Shown one piece after another: positions 33,085 through 36,711 of a stretch of 36,711 nucleotides of DNA. A program made the position numbers and the translations under genes. Under the pieces are notes generated by a model that saw only the letters and a program-made list of their open reading frames with translations, did not search any database and had not been told where the DNA came from. Positions within the stretch are counted from its first letter, which is position 1. Each line of letters starts with the position of its first letter. The stretch is from Anaeramoeba ignava BMAN (Eukaryota; Protista; Anaeramoebae): assembly GCA_028826165.1 (NCBI GenBank), contig JAPDFW010000020.1:1-36711 (forward strand), written 5' to 3'.

Positions 33085-36000
33085 ATGAAACAAGAAGAAA
33101 ATTTAATAAATTCTGGAATTCAATCAACACAAAATATTCCGATCATTGGAGTTTCAGCAAATAAAAGTGAAATTGATTTTAATTGGGATAATGATTTTAT
33201 TTTTGAAAATGAACCAAAAAAAATTATGAAAAGAAAAAGTCAACTTATTCGTTTATCTCAAATTTCTCTTAATTCTTCAATTAGATGTAAAAAAAAATTT
33301 TTAATTTTTTATTAATTTATTAACAAAATACCATTTTATTATTTTTTTGTTTAATTTTTGTTTATCGTTTTTTTTTTTTCTGTTAAATTTTCGCATTAAA
33401 AAAAATTTTTTTTAATATTTTTTATTTAAAACAATAATAATAATAATAATCATAATAATAATAATAATTATAATAATAATTATTTCTATTTCAATTTGAT
33501 CACTTATTAATTTATTAAATTTTATTTTTTTTTCCTTTTTAAAATAAAAAAATTATAGCTTCTCAAAATTTCTCTTTTTTAAAACTTAAAAAATTAAATA
33601 CAAATAATAATTCTGAACAAATTAATGTTAAGCAATCTCTTCCAAATTTAACAAGTTTACTTCCAGGTAAATAATAAAATCAAAATTAAAATCAAAATTA
33701 AAATTAAAATCAATTTAAAATTAAAATTAAAAATTAAAATTAAAATTAAAATTAAAAATTAAAATCAAAATCAAAATTAAAAATTAAAATTAAAATCAAA
33801 ATTAAAATCAAAATTAAAATTAAAATTAAAATTAAAATTAAAATTAAAATTAAAATTAAAATTAAAATTAAAATTAAATTTAAAATTAAAATTAAAATTA
33901 AAATTAAAATTAAAATTAAAATTAAAATTGAAATTGAAATTAAAATTGAAATCAAAATTAAAATTAAAATTAAAATTAAATTAAAATTAAAATTTAAATT
34001 AAAATCAAAAATTAAAATTAAAATTAAATTCAAAATTAAAATTTAAATTAAAAATTAAAATTTAAAATTAAAATCAATTCAAAAATTATTTTGTTTATAT
34101 TTTTATTCTAGATCTTGATAAAAATAATCTTCTACAAACAAATGAATCAACAACATTTATTTTATCAGATTTAAATACAGAAAAAATAAAAGGAGCAAAT
34201 ATGCAAATGATCAAAAAATTAGAAAGAGAAGAAATCTTATTATCAAATTCAGCTGTAAAATCAATATCCTTTTGAATTAATTTATATTTATATTTATATT
34301 TATATTTATATTTATATTTATATTTATATTTATATTTATATTTATATTTATATTTATATTTATATTTATATTTATATTTATATTTATATTTATATTTATA
34401 TTTATATTTATATTTATATTTATATTTATATTTATAATTATTTATATTTTATATTTATATTTATATTTTATATTTATATTTATATTTATATTTATATTTA
34501 TAATTATATTTATATTTATATTTATAGTATTTATATTTATATTTATATTTTATATTTATATTTATATTTATATTTATATTTATATTTATATTTATATTTA
34601 TATTTATATTTATATTTATATTTATATTTATATTTATATTTATATTTATATTTATATTTATATTTATATTTATATTTATATTTATATTTATATTTATATT
34701 TATATTTATATTTATATTTATATTTATAATTATAATTATAATTATATTTATAATTATATTTATTTATTTTTATATTTATATTTATTTATTTTTATATTTA
34801 TATTTTTAGAAAGAAAATAATCAAATACAACAAGCAAAATTAAATTTTAATTTAGCAAAATTATTTATGAAAGAAAAACTTATAAATAAAGCCTTAATTC
34901 GTTTTAAAAAAGCATCACAACTAATATCATCATATAATAGAAAATTTCAACCTGGAGAATTTAAACTTGAAATTGAATACAAAATTTATTATTCATCAGT
35001 TTTACAAAATAAAGACCCAACAGAAGCTTTTGCAACTTTGCAAGGAGCTTTAATTATGGTTGAAAAAAAGAATGAAATTGGATATAAACCAACTATTTAT
35101 TTAGAAATGGGAAAATATAAACAACAAAAAAATAATTTTGATCAAGCTTTAAATTATTATATTTTGGCTTTACAATTATTATTACAAATTGGATATAATA
35201 GAGGCAAAAATAGAATCTAATGATCAAATTGATTTTAAAATTTCAAATGAAAATGATTTTGATTCCCAAAATTCTTTCCTTTTTGAAAATGATGAAGTCA
35301 AATTGTTATCATTAATTTGTCATCAAATTGGAAATTCATTTTTTGATGTTTCGGAATCATTGGAACAAAAGCAAATTTCAATTAATTTTTTAGAAAAATC
35401 TGTTAAATATTCAACTTTAATTTTAGATCATTTTACAAAACATATTTCCTCAAAAAGATTGGAACATTTCCAAAGTCAAATAAAAAATGTAAAAAATTTA
35501 ATTAAAATTAAAATTAAAATTATAATTAATTTAAAATCCAAAATCAAAATTAAAATTAATTTAAAATCCAAAATTAAAATTAAAATTCAATTTAAAATTA
35601 AAATTAAAATTAAAATTAAAATTAAAATCAAAATTAAAATTAAAATCAAAATTTAAAATTAAAATTAAAATTAATTTAAAATCCAAAATTAAAATTAAAA
35701 TTAAAATTAAAATTAAAATTAAAATTAAAATTAAAAATCATTAAAATTAAATTAAAATTAATATTAAAATTATAATTAAAAATTTAGGAAGAAAAAACTA
35801 ATCAAGAACAAGATATTGAATCTGAAGAAGATTGGGATAAAGAATTTAATTTAGATGGATATGGAAAAGATTCTAAACCAGCATTACCATCTGTTCTTGG
35901 AAAAATAGTAATTTTCAAAACAATTCAAAATATTTATTAAAAAAAAAAAATAATAAAAATTATAATTACTTTCTTTTTTTTTTTCAGTTAAATTTTGGAA

Positions 36001-36275
36001 ATCAAGATGATAAATCAGAACAAAATCAGAATGAAATTCCTAAAAGATGGAAAATGTTTAATGAAAATGAAGTTACATTTAATGTTGTTAAATATCCACA
36101 ACCAACTTTAATGTATTCAAAATGGGGAAAAGATGGTTTTAGAGTTTTCAATGAATCTAGTTTAGAAAAATGGTTAACAAATTTAGTTTCAAAATATTCA
36201 TCAAAATGGAAATCAATTCAAAATAAACTTTCAGATTTTTCAAATTTTTATGATCAAGAAAAGCTTATTAAAAAA
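33085..36275 (+). CDS. Multi-exon TPR-like helical-repeat protein; one frameshift; probably 3'-partial
   Basis: Frame-consistent introns at 33287-33558, 33667-34111, 34255-34809, 35489-35787 and 35908-35987. TPR-like [28 protein letters not shown] and [26 protein letters not shown]. Frame switch at an A5 run near 35205. Likely further donor GT at 36276, followed by repeat DNA. Confidence 0.7.
33675..34075. repeat. (TTAAAA)n microsatellite in intron 2 of the TPR-like gene
   Basis: Directly visible. Confidence 0.92.
34280..34800. repeat. (TATATT)n microsatellite in intron 3 of the TPR-like gene
   Basis: Directly visible, near-perfect. Confidence 0.95.
35495..35780. repeat. (TTAAAA)n microsatellite in intron 4 of the TPR-like gene
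   Basis: Directly visible. Confidence 0.9.
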
Positions 36276-36279
36276 GTTA

Positions 36280-36711
36280 ATAATTCAAAATTCAATTCAA
36301 AATAATTCAAAATAATTCAATTTAAAATTCAACTCAAAATTTAATTAAAAATAATTCAATTTAATTTAAAATAATTCAATTCAAAATAATTCAAAAAATT
36401 CAATTCAAAATAATTCAATTTAAAATTCAATTTAAAATTCAATTCAAAATAATTCAAAATAATTCAATTCAAAATTCAATTCAAAATAATTTAAATTAAA
36501 AATAATTCAATTCAAAATAATTCAATTCAATTCAAAATTCAATTCAAAATAATTCAAAATAATTCAAAATAATTCAATTCAAAATAATTCAAAACAAAAT
36601 TATTTAAAATAATTCATAATTTAATTTAAAATTCAATTTAAAATAATTCAATTAAAAATAATTCAATTAAAAATAATTCAATTCAATTCAAAATTCAATT
36701 CATAATAATTC
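36280..36711. repeat. (AATTC/AATAATTCAA)n degenerate repeat, probably intronic
   Basis: G-free AATTCA-based array from just after GT at 36276 to the window end. Confidence 0.8.

Noticed and set aside
1335-36305. Inteins (worth checking given the suspected lineage)
   Set aside because: No Hint-like C/S...HN-(C/S/T) boundaries or LAGLIDADG motifs were recognised; the inserts in the USP and BEACH proteins are low-complexity.
1-36711. tRNA, rRNA or transposable elements
   Set aside because: No structured GC-rich non-coding segments, terminal repeats, or transposase/RT motifs were seen by eye.

Overview
Extremely AT-rich, intron-containing eukaryotic (protist) nuclear DNA using the standard genetic code. 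The (QN)n/(EN)n/(EK)n hexanucleotide expansions and GT-AG introns recall Anaeramoeba-like metamonads; this is an inference, not verified. Ten protein-coding loci are present. Four lie on the minus strand: a partial hypothetical gene, a ~12 kb frameshift-broken BEACH/WD40 gene, a 7-exon USP47-like deubiquitinase and a PH+LRR protein. After a single divergent junction at ~21.9 kb, six lie on the plus strand: TADA1/Ada1, a divergent actin-like protein, a LIM protein, a 5-exon CNOT11, a GATA-finger+tandem-BRCT protein and a multi-exon TPR-like gene that probably runs off the window. Most short ORFs in the track are microsatellite artefacts. The most notable observations are a ~2.9 kb C-free 16-20 bp minisatellite array; a strong A-to-T gradient of synonymous third positions along genes; microsatellites replacing conserved BEACH segments plus apparent loss of the ConA-like domain; an actin-like protein lacking ATPase residues; complementary half-LIM fingers; a GATA-BRCT fusion; a recurrent TCATTT initiator-like motif; and long introns each filled by its own microsatellite. 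No RNA genes, transposons, inteins or CRISPR arrays were recognised, and no clearly new multi-gene system could be demonstrated.
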